64,000 nt of DNA. Source: Sphingobacteriia bacterium (GTDB taxonomy: Bacteria; Bacteroidota; Bacteroidia; Chitinophagales; Chitinophagaceae). Location: contig JBAXUV010000010.1 of assembly GCA_037129425.1 (NCBI GenBank), positions 25,810 to 89,809 of the forward strand. Reading direction: 5' to 3'. The translations under genes were made by a program, and so were the position numbers. Below, in pieces: positions 38,602 to 50,276 of the stretch (its first letter is position 1; every line of letters begins with the position of its first letter). The notes beneath the pieces were generated by a model. The model was given only the letters and a program-made list of their open reading frames with translations, had not been told where the DNA came from and did not search any database.

Positions 38602-40440
38602 TTATTTTTTATTGGTTTTGGATTTTAAATCCTGCAATTTTTTCTGACTTTCCATCATTTGTTCATAACGCTCCTGCCATTTACTTTTGGTCTTTGGAGC
38701 CTTTCTCTTTTGATCAATTTTAGCCAATATCTTATCATGATCAATGATATAATTCTGAATTACAAACTGTAATGCCAATGTGATAATATTTGAAACTGTA
38801 TAATACCATGTTAATGCAGAAGGAAGGCTATTAAAGATGAATAATAACATGAAAGGGAAAATATAAGGCATGTATTTTAACGCAGGATTATCCTGAGTTG
38901 GAGTCATACTCATATTATAAATAGAAATCAGGAAGCTGGTTATAACTGCGGTAATAGTAAATAGACTAATATGATTACCAAATGCAGGAATCATGAATGG
39001 TAAGGTTGCAATTGAATCATAAGAAGACAAATCTTTACTCCATAAGAACTCCTGCCCTCTCAATGCAATATTTGAATTAAAGAAACTATACAAAGCGAAG
39101 AAAATAGGGATCTGTAGTAATGCTGGAATACAACCTCCTAAAGGGTTCACTCCTGCTTCTCTGAATAACTTCATTTGTTCCATTGCAAAACCTTGCTGGT
39201 CGTCTCCGAATTTTTTCTTGAGCGTATCCAATTCGGGCTTCATAGCTTTCATTTTAGCACCACTCAAATAACTTGTGTAAGTTAATGGCGCTGTAACCAA
39301 GCGAATAAATAATGTTAGAAGCAATACTACCCAACCGTAGTTTTTTACAAAGCCAGCAAAGAAGTCAAATACATTCATGATAATGTATTTATTGATCGGA
39401 CGAACAAATGAATACATATCCCTTCCTAGGTTCACAATTTTATCCATTTCAGGCGCTTGCTTACTCAGCAATTTGTATTCGCTTGGTCCAATATAAAATT
39501 GAAAAGGAATGGAAATAGATGCAGCTGGTTGCAATTTCATTTGTAGTGAAGCAGTAGCAGTAGCTAATTCATGAGAAGTATCCGTTTTACGAGCCCATTT
39601 TATTCCTCCACTTGAAAAACTATTTCCTGCAATCAATGTATTATTAAAAAATTGCTGAACTACAGAAACCCATTGAATTGGTTTTTCAAAATTATGTTCC
39701 GTTTTAGATGAAATGTAGTCGAAAGAATTTCCTTCAGAAAAACAAATATTAGAAACCTGGCGTTCATATACAGCAGTTCTCTCCATCTGGCGTGTAGCAA
39801 CATTCCAATTTAAATTCAATGCACCATTTGTTAATAGTTGATCTGCTCCATTCATGATCAATTTCCAATCAATCATAAAACTATTGGACTTCACTATATA
39901 TTGATGCTCTACATGTTGACCATTTGCAGCATCAATTGTAAATTTAATCAACTGACTATTATCACTCAATTTCTCAACTATGCCAGCATTAAAAAACAAG
40001 GTTTCGCTACTAGCAGATTGACCAGGCGCAGTATTAATTGTATAACTGACAATATTGTTATCCGCCAACACTACTGGATTGCCTTTGCCGTCTTTGTAAT
40101 TTTTAAGTATTATTTTTTTAATTTGAGCTCCTTTATTGGTGAAAGTAGCCGTCATTAATTCATTCTCTATCGTTACAAAAGTTTCAATACCCAGCGCTGC
40201 ACTGGTGAAGTTTCCGGCAGTCGCTTTTCTAACAGCAGTATCTCTTTTTAATGAATCAATTTTTGCTGTAACAGTATCCAATATTTTCACTCTAGCAGCT
40301 GCAATTTTTGCCAAAGAATCTTCTTCTCTCTGCTTTAACTTTAGCACAGCATTTTGTTGTTGTCCTGTATACCAGAAATAAAGAATTAACAGTGCTCCTA
40401 GTAATACAAATCCAATGACCGAATTTTTATCCGTCTTCAT
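38602..40440 (-). CDS. yidC: membrane protein insertase YidC (long Bacteroidota form)
   Basis: 612 aa with an N-terminal anchor, a large periplasmic domain and a C-terminal 60-kDa IMP core (GCIPALLQIPIFFALY). Confidence 0.93.
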   Translation of the reverse strand: MKTDKNSVIGFVLLGALLILYFWYTGQQQNAVLKLKQREEDSLAKIAAARVKILDTVTAKIDSLKRDTAVRKATAGNFTSAALGIETFVTIENELMTATFTNKGAQIKKIILKNYKDGKGNPVVLADNNIVSYTINTAPGQSASSETLFFNAGIVEKLSDNSQLIKFTIDAANGQHVEHQYIVKSNSFMIDWKLIMNGADQLLTNGALNLNWNVATRQMERTAVYERQVSNICFSEGNSFDYISSKTEHNFEKPIQWVSVVQQFFNNTLIAGNSFSSGGIKWARKTDTSHELATATASLQMKLQPAASISIPFQFYIGPSEYKLLSKQAPEMDKIVNLGRDMYSFVRPINKYIIMNVFDFFAGFVKNYGWVVLLLTLFIRLVTAPLTYTSYLSGAKMKAMKPELDTLKKKFGDDQQGFAMEQMKLFREAGVNPLGGCIPALLQIPIFFALYSFFNSNIALRGQEFLWSKDLSSYDSIATLPFMIPAFGNHISLFTITAVITSFLISIYNMSMTPTQDNPALKYMPYIFPFMLLFIFNSLPSALTWYYTVSNIITLALQFVIQNYIIDHDKILAKIDQKRKAPKTKSKWQERYEQMMESQKKLQDLKSKTNKK

Positions 40441-40459
40441 ACTCCATTTTATTGAGCGG

Positions 40460-40467
40460 CAAAGGTA
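40460..40467 (-). promoter_or_regulatory. -7 promoter box upstream of yidC
   Basis: The minus strand reads TACCTTTGCCGC, 19 nt upstream of the ATG at 40440. Confidence 0.45.
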
Positions 40468-40638
40468 GTATTTGGAATGACAAATGTGAATTAGAACTTG
40501 AATAGTCGTTAAAAAAGCTATAAAAAAGGGCTATTTTGACTAAATATTGAATATTCGTCGTTTCTTTAGACCTCCTTCCAACCAACAACCAACCATTTTT
40601 TTTCATTTTTCAAGTGGACTCACTTCAAATGCGTTGTT

Positions 40639-43397
<2,759 letters not shown>

Positions 43398-43499
43398 TTA
43401 TCTACCATTAAATAATAAAACACCCAAAAAGCCGCATATTAACAGAAATATTGAATACGGTATTAGGATGATCCGTGAATGAATGAATTCGCGAATTCA

Positions 43500-43557
43500 A
43501 TAAAAAATAAGAACAAAACGACCTTGGAATATTGAACTGAAATAGTTCTGAGGTCGT
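43500..43557 (-). other. terminator-like hairpin plus U-tract in the pyrG 5' region
   Basis: Outer stem acgacct (43518-43524) with aggtcgt (43551-43557), plus an inner gaact/agttc stem. On the minus strand it is followed by tttgttcttattttttatt. It lies 110-170 nt upstream of the pyrG ATG. Confidence 0.4.
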
Positions 43558-43660
43558 ACAAACCTACAGCAAATAATTAATTCCAAAAAATAGTCCTTAG
43601 GATTTAGACTTTAGTTAATGGAAAGTGTTAATTTAACGTGCAAATCTTATGCATACAAAT

Positions 43661-44539
43661 ATGAAAAAAATCCTATTGATTACTGTGGCAGCTTTTTCAA
43701 CAGCTGCATTCCTGGCCAATACCAATAAAAATCCAGCCCCAAAAATGCTTAGTCCGGCTTGTTATGAGTCTTGTTTTAGTGGTGATGTAAGGGAACAGTT
43801 CAGAAACGAAGCCAATACAGCCAGTTTTGCTGCTTTACATGAAAATCCAAAAGCCTTTGTTTTAGAAAATCAAACGGGGAATACCATTCAATTTAAAAGC
43901 CCTGATGGAAAAGAAGGGTCGGCCTATTTGATCAAAAGCAAGAAAAAAACAAAGAACTGGATCTTTGTTATTCAAGAATGGTGGGGATTGAATGATAATA
44001 TTAAAAGAGAAGCAGAAGCGCTTTCCCTAGAATTAGGGAATGTAAACGTATTGGCATTGGATATGTATGATGGAAAAGTAGCTACTACCGCAGATAGCGC
44101 AATGGCTTATATGAGAGCTGCTACAACACCAAGACTAGAAAGCATCGTTAAAGGTGCAATTGCTTATGTAGGAGAAGATGCAAAAATATTTACAATAGGA
44201 TGGTGCTTTGGAGGAATGTGGAGTTTACAAACCAGCTTATTGGCTGGAAATCAAGCAGCTGGATGTGTAATGTATTATGGTAGACCTGAAACCAATTTAG
44301 AAAAACTAAAGAACCTTAATTGTGAGGTAATTGGTTTCTTTGGTAATAAAGACCAAAGCCCAGCGCCAGCAGTTGTTACAAAATTTGAAGCAGATATGGC
44401 TTCAGTTGGAAAGAAAATTACTACTAATAAATACGAAGCTGGACATGGCTTTGCCAATCCTAGCAACCCAAGTTTTAATAAAGAAGCAACAGAAGATGCA
44501 CATATTAAAACCATTGAATTCTTGAAGAAAAAATTATAG
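43661..44539 (+). CDS. dienelactone hydrolase family protein (secreted)
   Basis: Signal peptide from the ATG at 43661. Alpha/beta hydrolase nucleophile elbow GWCFGG and a C-terminal GHGF motif. Confidence 0.8.
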   Translation: MKKILLITVAAFSTAAFLANTNKNPAPKMLSPACYESCFSGDVREQFRNEANTASFAALHENPKAFVLENQTGNTIQFKSPDGKEGSAYLIKSKKKTKNWIFVIQEWWGLNDNIKREAEALSLELGNVNVLALDMYDGKVATTADSAMAYMRAATTPRLESIVKGAIAYVGEDAKIFTIGWCFGGMWSLQTSLLAGNQAAGCVMYYGRPETNLEKLKNLNCEVIGFFGNKDQSPAPAVVTKFEADMASVGKKITTNKYEAGHGFANPSNPSFNKEATEDAHIKTIEFLKKKL

Positions 44540-44586
44540 GCATAATTATTGATATTTAGTTGAAAGTTTTAATTAAAACCAACAAC

Positions 44587-45870
44587 ATGAAGCCCTTTCT
44601 TTTGTCTATTAGTTTTATTTTTATAATAGGTTACTCATTTGCTCAAGTTGTTGCAGTTCCACCAGGAAGAGTGGTTACTAATCCAAATGAAACAAGAGAT
44701 GTTATTACTATAAATGGTGTCATTACAACAGCAGATAACACAAAAGATGCTGTAAATATCACGAAAAATGCCTACCCCAATAATTCCTCAGCTCAAAACA
44801 ACAACACATCTCCTTTAGTAATATCAGGAAACAAATCGCTTGATAATGTTGGGAATATTTTTAATAAATCTTTGCCAATTATAAACCTTGATGTCAAAAC
44901 CTTAAAAAGTTCAATCAATTTATCACAGGTAAGTACCATTAGACTAATTGATGTAAGAATCGATCAACAAAAAACAGGATTCTTACCTATTCTTTTACCA
45001 TTAAAGAAACAAGGATATGATTTGATTGGATTAACTATTAATCAAAGCCCATTGGTATGGTTAAAAAAATGGTTAGAAGAAATACCGCTCTCGACTGACA
45101 CCAGTTCTGCTAGAAAATTAATATTTGTATTAAGAGATTGTTGGTTTAGTCAAGATGCTTTTGTTCATAGACATTCAGCAAACAATTCATTGGTAACTAC
45201 TTTAAATTATAACATCGAACTTTTTACTCAACTTGAAAATGACTATTACCCTTTAAAAAAATTAAATGGTGAATTTTCATCAACTTTTGAAGATGGAAAG
45301 TCTTTTCAAATTTTAATGGATAGCTTACAACAATTAATCGAAAAAAAGGGCATTGAAATAATCGACGGAAAAACTGAAATAAATAAATTAAAAATTGATG
45401 CAACAACATTCAACGCCTATTTAAATGAGATTAGAGCTAAAAAAACATTTGCCATGAATCCTGTAAAAGGGGTTTATGAAAGTTTTGAAAAATTTATTGA
45501 CCAAGCCCCATTTGCTGATTCTGCTATTGTAATAAAATCATATAATTTGGGTGAAAATATACCAACTTACGCCACTCAAATTCAACCAGTCATTAATGGA
45601 ATGGAAAAAAACAGTTATGGAATTTGGGGCTATTTTGATGGTAAAGATTTATTCTATAATACTGGGAATGGATTGTTTATCAAACTGATCAAAGACAATG
45701 AAAATGGATATTATTTCAAACATTTAAATGTGTTCTTAAGAGACAATATCAAGCCTATATTATTATCAAATGTAAAATTTGGGAAAAGCGACTACTCAAT
45801 TATTAAAGAATATTCGCGCATTTCACCACTCACCTACAAACTAAATTTAAGCGACGGCAAGTTGTATTAA
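44587..45870 (+). CDS. hypothetical exported protein (~427 aa)
   Basis: The track ORF starts at a TTG (44560). The ATG at 44587 gives MKPFLLSISFIFIIGYSFAQ. No family recognised. Confidence 0.6.
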   Translation: MKPFLLSISFIFIIGYSFAQVVAVPPGRVVTNPNETRDVITINGVITTADNTKDAVNITKNAYPNNSSAQNNNTSPLVISGNKSLDNVGNIFNKSLPIINLDVKTLKSSINLSQVSTIRLIDVRIDQQKTGFLPILLPLKKQGYDLIGLTINQSPLVWLKKWLEEIPLSTDTSSARKLIFVLRDCWFSQDAFVHRHSANNSLVTTLNYNIELFTQLENDYYPLKKLNGEFSSTFEDGKSFQILMDSLQQLIEKKGIEIIDGKTEINKLKIDATTFNAYLNEIRAKKTFAMNPVKGVYESFEKFIDQAPFADSAIVIKSYNLGENIPTYATQIQPVINGMEKNSYGIWGYFDGKDLFYNTGNGLFIKLIKDNENGYYFKHLNVFLRDNIKPILLSNVKFGKSDYSIIKEYSRISPLTYKLNLSDGKLY

Positions 45871-46671
45871 TTACATATCCTGAATAATCTTTTTATAACT
45901 AGTCACAATTCCTTTGATGAGTGAAGAACTAAAACCCTGGTGTTCCATTTCATTTAAACCTGCAATGGTACAGCCTTTCGGAGTAGTTACTTTGTCTATT
46001 TCTTGCTCTGGATGTGTATTTTTTTGTAGTAGTAATTCTGCAGCTCCTTTTACAGTTTGAGCCGCAATTAATGAAGCTGTTGCTGCAGAAAATCCTATTT
46101 CAATTCCCCCTTGTATATTGGCCCTGATATAACGCATGGCATAGGCGGTTCCACAAGCGCCTAGCACTGTAGCTGCATCCATTAATTTTTCTTCAATTAA
46201 TACTGTTTTTCCTAATTGATTGAAAAGCTGAGTTACAAATTCTGTTTGTACTGTTGTTACTTTATTTCCATTGATGCAAGTCATGCTTTCCTGAATGGCA
46301 ATTGCTGTATTTGGCATTGCCCTAAATACCGGAAAATCTTCTCCTACAATTTCTTGAATTTCATTGATCCAAACTCCAGTTACTACACTAATTAATACAT
46401 GCTTGTCTTTATGTAGCATTGGCTTGATCTCTTGGAGTACTTCTTTAATTTGAAAAGGTTTAATGGCAAGAATGATCCAACTCGCTTTAACAACAGCTTC
46501 TACATTATTATTGGATATTATTACTCCTTTTGAAGCCAATGCTGATAGCGTAGTAGTATTTCGTTTGGTAACGATAATATTTTCAGGCCTACTAAACGCA
46601 CTATTTACCAAACCTTCTGCCATTGCAGTACCTAAATTACCTCCACCGATAATTGCGATCGTATTTACCAT
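45871..46671 (-). CDS. proC: pyrroline-5-carboxylate reductase
   Basis: 266 aa; IAIIGGGNLG Rossmann start and P5CR C-terminal dimerisation pattern (PKGCTIAGL). Confidence 0.9.
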   Translation of the reverse strand: MVNTIAIIGGGNLGTAMAEGLVNSAFSRPENIIVTKRNTTTLSALASKGVIISNNNVEAVVKASWIILAIKPFQIKEVLQEIKPMLHKDKHVLISVVTGVWINEIQEIVGEDFPVFRAMPNTAIAIQESMTCINGNKVTTVQTEFVTQLFNQLGKTVLIEEKLMDAATVLGACGTAYAMRYIRANIQGGIEIGFSAATASLIAAQTVKGAAELLLQKNTHPEQEIDKVTTPKGCTIAGLNEMEHQGFSSSLIKGIVTSYKKIIQDM

Positions 46672-46682
46672 AAAAAATAAAA

Positions 46683-47705
46683 TTAAAATTGCTTTGATAC
46701 TGCTAAATAATTGCGAACATAATCATCAACTCCTAATTCTAAAGAATAAAAAGGTTCATGATAACCGGCATTATTTAACTTATTCATGTCGGCTTCAGTA
46801 AAATATTGGTATTTGTCTCTTATATCCAATGGCATATCTATGAACTGGATTTTTGGAGTTAAATCAAGTCCTTTAAATGTAGCATTTACTAAATCAGTGA
46901 ATGTTCTTGCTTTGCCCGTACCCAAATTATAAATACCGTTAATTGAACTAGTCCAAGGAGTTGGAGATTCATTTTCTTCAACATCACCCATTTTCTCCAT
47001 CATCCAGTAAATGACCTTCAACACATCTTTTACATAAATGAAATCCCGTAATTGTTCCCCATCTTTAAAGCCCTCTTTATGGCTTTTAAAAAGTTTTACC
47101 AATCCATTCAACTTGATTTGATTAAAAGAATGCCATATTACGCTTGACATTCTTTCTTTATGTGATTCATTTGGACCATACACATTGAAAAATTTCAACC
47201 CTGCCCAATAAGGTGGCTGATCCAATTGCTGCAAAGCCCATTTATCAAACTCATTTTTACTTACACCATATGGATTGAGAGGAATTAACTGGTTGATTAA
47301 TGTATGATCGTCACTATACCCAAATGCCCCATCTCCGTAGGTGGCTGCACTTGAAGCATAAATAAGTGGAATTTTATTTGCAACGCAATAATTCCAAATT
47401 GATTTAGAATATTCTAGATTTAACTCAACATGAACTGCGTAATCAAATTCAGTTGTATCGGTTCTTGCACCGAGATGAATAACAATTTCAATTTTTGGTT
47501 TATGCTCTTCTAACCAGTTGAATAAATTATATCGCTCTACAATTGTTTCAAAAGATTTCGATTCCCAGTTTTTTCTTTTTTCTTCTACACCAAAATCATC
47601 TACTAAAATCAATTTGCCATATCCCTGATCGTTCAAATATTGAACCATACAACTACCAATAAATCCTGCTGCACCTGTTACCAATATTTGTTTATCCTTA
47701 TCCAT
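46683..47705 (-). CDS. hldD: ADP-glyceromanno-heptose 6-epimerase-like NAD-dependent epimerase
   Basis: 340 aa. By-eye match to E. coli RfaD/HldD blocks (VTGAAGFIGS, YASSAATYG, FNVYGP.E.HK..M.SV, NLGTG.A.TF). The substrate assignment is less certain than the fold. Confidence 0.7.
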   Translation of the reverse strand: MDKDKQILVTGAAGFIGSCMVQYLNDQGYGKLILVDDFGVEEKRKNWESKSFETIVERYNLFNWLEEHKPKIEIVIHLGARTDTTEFDYAVHVELNLEYSKSIWNYCVANKIPLIYASSAATYGDGAFGYSDDHTLINQLIPLNPYGVSKNEFDKWALQQLDQPPYWAGLKFFNVYGPNESHKERMSSVIWHSFNQIKLNGLVKLFKSHKEGFKDGEQLRDFIYVKDVLKVIYWMMEKMGDVEENESPTPWTSSINGIYNLGTGKARTFTDLVNATFKGLDLTPKIQFIDMPLDIRDKYQYFTEADMNKLNNAGYHEPFYSLELGVDDYVRNYLAVSKQF

Positions 47706-47710
47706 CGCAA

Positions 47711-49915
47711 TTATTGAATCATCTTTTCTATAGCTGTATCATATTTCTCTTTCCAACCATTAATATCTCCCCAATTTTCTCCACTCACTTCAATAGCAGC
47801 TTCTGTTACTGTTCCTACTATTGTGCAAGCGATTCCAGCAGTTTTTGCATCATTCAGTAGACTTTCCAAATCTTTGGCATTCACTGAAATAACAACTCTT
47901 CCTTGGGCTTCTCCAAACCAAAAAGCGTCTTTTCTGATTTCTATTGATGGATTAGTTGCAAATCCTTTATTTCCTGCAAATCCGCTTTCTAATAAAGTAA
48001 TCATCAAACCACCTTCGCTAATATCGTGAGCACTGTTGATTTTCTTTTTTTGTATGAGCTCATACACAAACTGTTGTGTATTGTATTCTTCATCCAGATT
48101 AAAATAGGGTGCTGGTGAATATTGAACCTTCTTCAATTTATGTAAATATTCACTTGATGCAATATCATTGTGTTGTTGACCAATTAATATAATTGCATCA
48201 CCAGCATTTTTAAAATGCATTGTCATCTTTGCATCAATATCGTCTAGTATACCCACCATTCCAATTGTTGGAGTTGGATATACCGGACCATCAGGATTTT
48301 GATTATAGAAACTCACATTACCTCCTGTTACCGGTGTGTTGAATTTTTTGCAAGCATCACCCATACCTGTAACAGCATGAACAAACTGAAAATACACTTC
48401 CGGATCATATGGATTTCCAAAATTCAAACAATTGGTTACGCCGATTGGCTCTCCGCCACTGCATACTATATTTCTAGCTGCTTCTGCAACAGCAATCATC
48501 CCTCCGATATATGGATTCGCATAAACATATTTGCTATTGCAATCTACTGTCATTGCCAATGCTTTACCAGTTCCCTTTGCTAAAACTATGGAAGCATCAC
48601 TCGGATTATTGGTACTCAAATTTGCAGCACCAACCATGCTATCATATTGTGTATATATCCATCTTTTACTGGCAATATTCGGCAATGACACTAAAGATTC
48701 AGCTGCTTCTTTTATATCAGCAACATCTTCGATATCTGCAATATTAAATGCATTGATTTTTTCGAAATAAGCTGGTTCCTTATATTCTCTGGTATATTGA
48801 GGAGCACCACCACCTAATACCAATTCATAAGCAGGTAATTCTGCTTCGAGTACTCCGTTCATGTAAAACTTTAATAAACCGTCGTCGGTAACATGTCCAA
48901 TGGTGCTTGCACTTAAATCCCATTTTTCAAAAACAGCCACTACTTCTGCTTCCCTTCCTTTCTCTACAACCATCAACATTCTTTCCTGACTTTCACTTAA
49001 GAGTAATTCCCAGGCCTTCATATTTTGTTGTCGAGTAGGCACTTTTTCTAAATCAATATGCATTCCCACTTCTCCTTTTGCACTCATCTCGGCAGTACTG
49101 CAAATAATTCCTGCAGCTCCCATATCCTGCATGCCTACAACAGCGCCTGTTGTTAATACTTCTAAGCAAGCTTCTAATAATTTCTTTTCTTGAAATGGAT
49201 CGCCCACTTGAACTGCTGGTAATTCTTGAACACTATCATGGGTAATATCGGCACTTGCAAAACTAGCTCCACCTATACCATCTTTTCCTGTTGCACTTCC
49301 CACATATATTACAGGGTTACCAGTGCCTTTTGCTGTTGCACTTACCATATCTCCTGCTTTCATGATCCCAACGCTCATGGCATTCACTAAAGGATTGGTA
49401 TGGTAACAGTCTTCAAAATAAACCTCTCCACCAACAGTTGGAACGCCAAAACAATTTCCATAATGGCCAATCCCTTTTACAACACCTGATAATAAATGTT
49501 GTGTTTTTTTGTCTTTTAGATTTCCAAAGCGTAAACTATTCATCGAAGCAATTGGCCTAGCACCCATTGTGAAAATATCTCTTTGAATTCCCCCAACACC
49601 TGTTGCAGCTCCTTGAAATGGTTCTATTGCACTGGGATGATTATGGCTTTCTATTTTAAACACTACACCAAAGCCATTGCCCATATCCATTAAACCTGCA
49701 TTTTCTTCTCCAGCAGCTACTAACATTCTTCCACCATTTCTTGGCAATGTTTTTAACCATTTAATGGAGTTTTTATAACTACAATGTTCACTCCACATGC
49801 CGCTAAAAGCGCATAACTCAGTGAAATTGGGTGTTCTATTTAATTTTTGTTGGATCAGCTCAAATTCTTCAGCAGTAAGACGGAGCTGTTGAGCAGTTTT
49901 TACAGTGATTTCCAT
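47711..49915 (-). CDS. purL: phosphoribosylformylglycinamidine synthase subunit PurL (small form)
   Basis: 734 aa; MWSEHCSYK, ESHNHPS and duplicated AIR-synthase-like domains. Confidence 0.95.
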   Translation of the reverse strand: MEITVKTAQQLRLTAEEFELIQQKLNRTPNFTELCAFSGMWSEHCSYKNSIKWLKTLPRNGGRMLVAAGEENAGLMDMGNGFGVVFKIESHNHPSAIEPFQGAATGVGGIQRDIFTMGARPIASMNSLRFGNLKDKKTQHLLSGVVKGIGHYGNCFGVPTVGGEVYFEDCYHTNPLVNAMSVGIMKAGDMVSATAKGTGNPVIYVGSATGKDGIGGASFASADITHDSVQELPAVQVGDPFQEKKLLEACLEVLTTGAVVGMQDMGAAGIICSTAEMSAKGEVGMHIDLEKVPTRQQNMKAWELLLSESQERMLMVVEKGREAEVVAVFEKWDLSASTIGHVTDDGLLKFYMNGVLEAELPAYELVLGGGAPQYTREYKEPAYFEKINAFNIADIEDVADIKEAAESLVSLPNIASKRWIYTQYDSMVGAANLSTNNPSDASIVLAKGTGKALAMTVDCNSKYVYANPYIGGMIAVAEAARNIVCSGGEPIGVTNCLNFGNPYDPEVYFQFVHAVTGMGDACKKFNTPVTGGNVSFYNQNPDGPVYPTPTIGMVGILDDIDAKMTMHFKNAGDAIILIGQQHNDIASSEYLHKLKKVQYSPAPYFNLDEEYNTQQFVYELIQKKKINSAHDISEGGLMITLLESGFAGNKGFATNPSIEIRKDAFWFGEAQGRVVISVNAKDLESLLNDAKTAGIACTIVGTVTEAAIEVSGENWGDINGWKEKYDTAIEKMIQ

Positions 49916-50041
49916 ATTGCGGCGAAGTTAAGAAAGTACCTTAAACAGACCATATGAAGTTTTCCTCTTCTATCATTCTTACAAATTAACCAGTATTGGG
50001 TATTTTTTTAATGGATATTGATAAAATACCTTAAATGATTC

Positions 50042-50057
50042 TACCAACCAGTTGGTA
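50042..50057. promoter_or_regulatory. 16-bp palindrome TACCAAC-CA-GTTGGTA in the purL / T9SS-gene divergent intergenic region
   Basis: Perfect 7-bp inverted arms. A related half-site, ccagtattgggtatttt, lies at 49990-50006. Confidence 0.3.
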
Positions 50058-50276
50058 TTTTAAAACCAGTCTTATTTGCAAGTAATTCTTTTAATTTACT
50101 GTAAATGAATCGATTACGAAATAAAATAAATTAATTTTTCTGACTGATTATATACCAAACAAGGGCGAAATTTCGTTAGCGAATAGGATTTGAGATAATT
50201 TTAAATCAGAATCATCCAATTCCTTTAATCCTGCCTTATAGTGAACAATTATTAATCGTTTACTAAATAGGAATAT

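Noticed and set aside
43559-43566. TAGGTTTG as the pyrG promoter
   Set aside because: Not listed as a feature. It would give an unusually long leader (~165 nt) and place the TSS inside the adjacent hairpin stem. It is kept only as a caveat in the pyrG-leader finding.
49916-49945. Possible promoter box upstream of purL (ggtactttcttaac on the minus strand)
   Set aside because: It does not fit TAnnTTTG (it reads TACTTTCT), so it is not reported as a feature.
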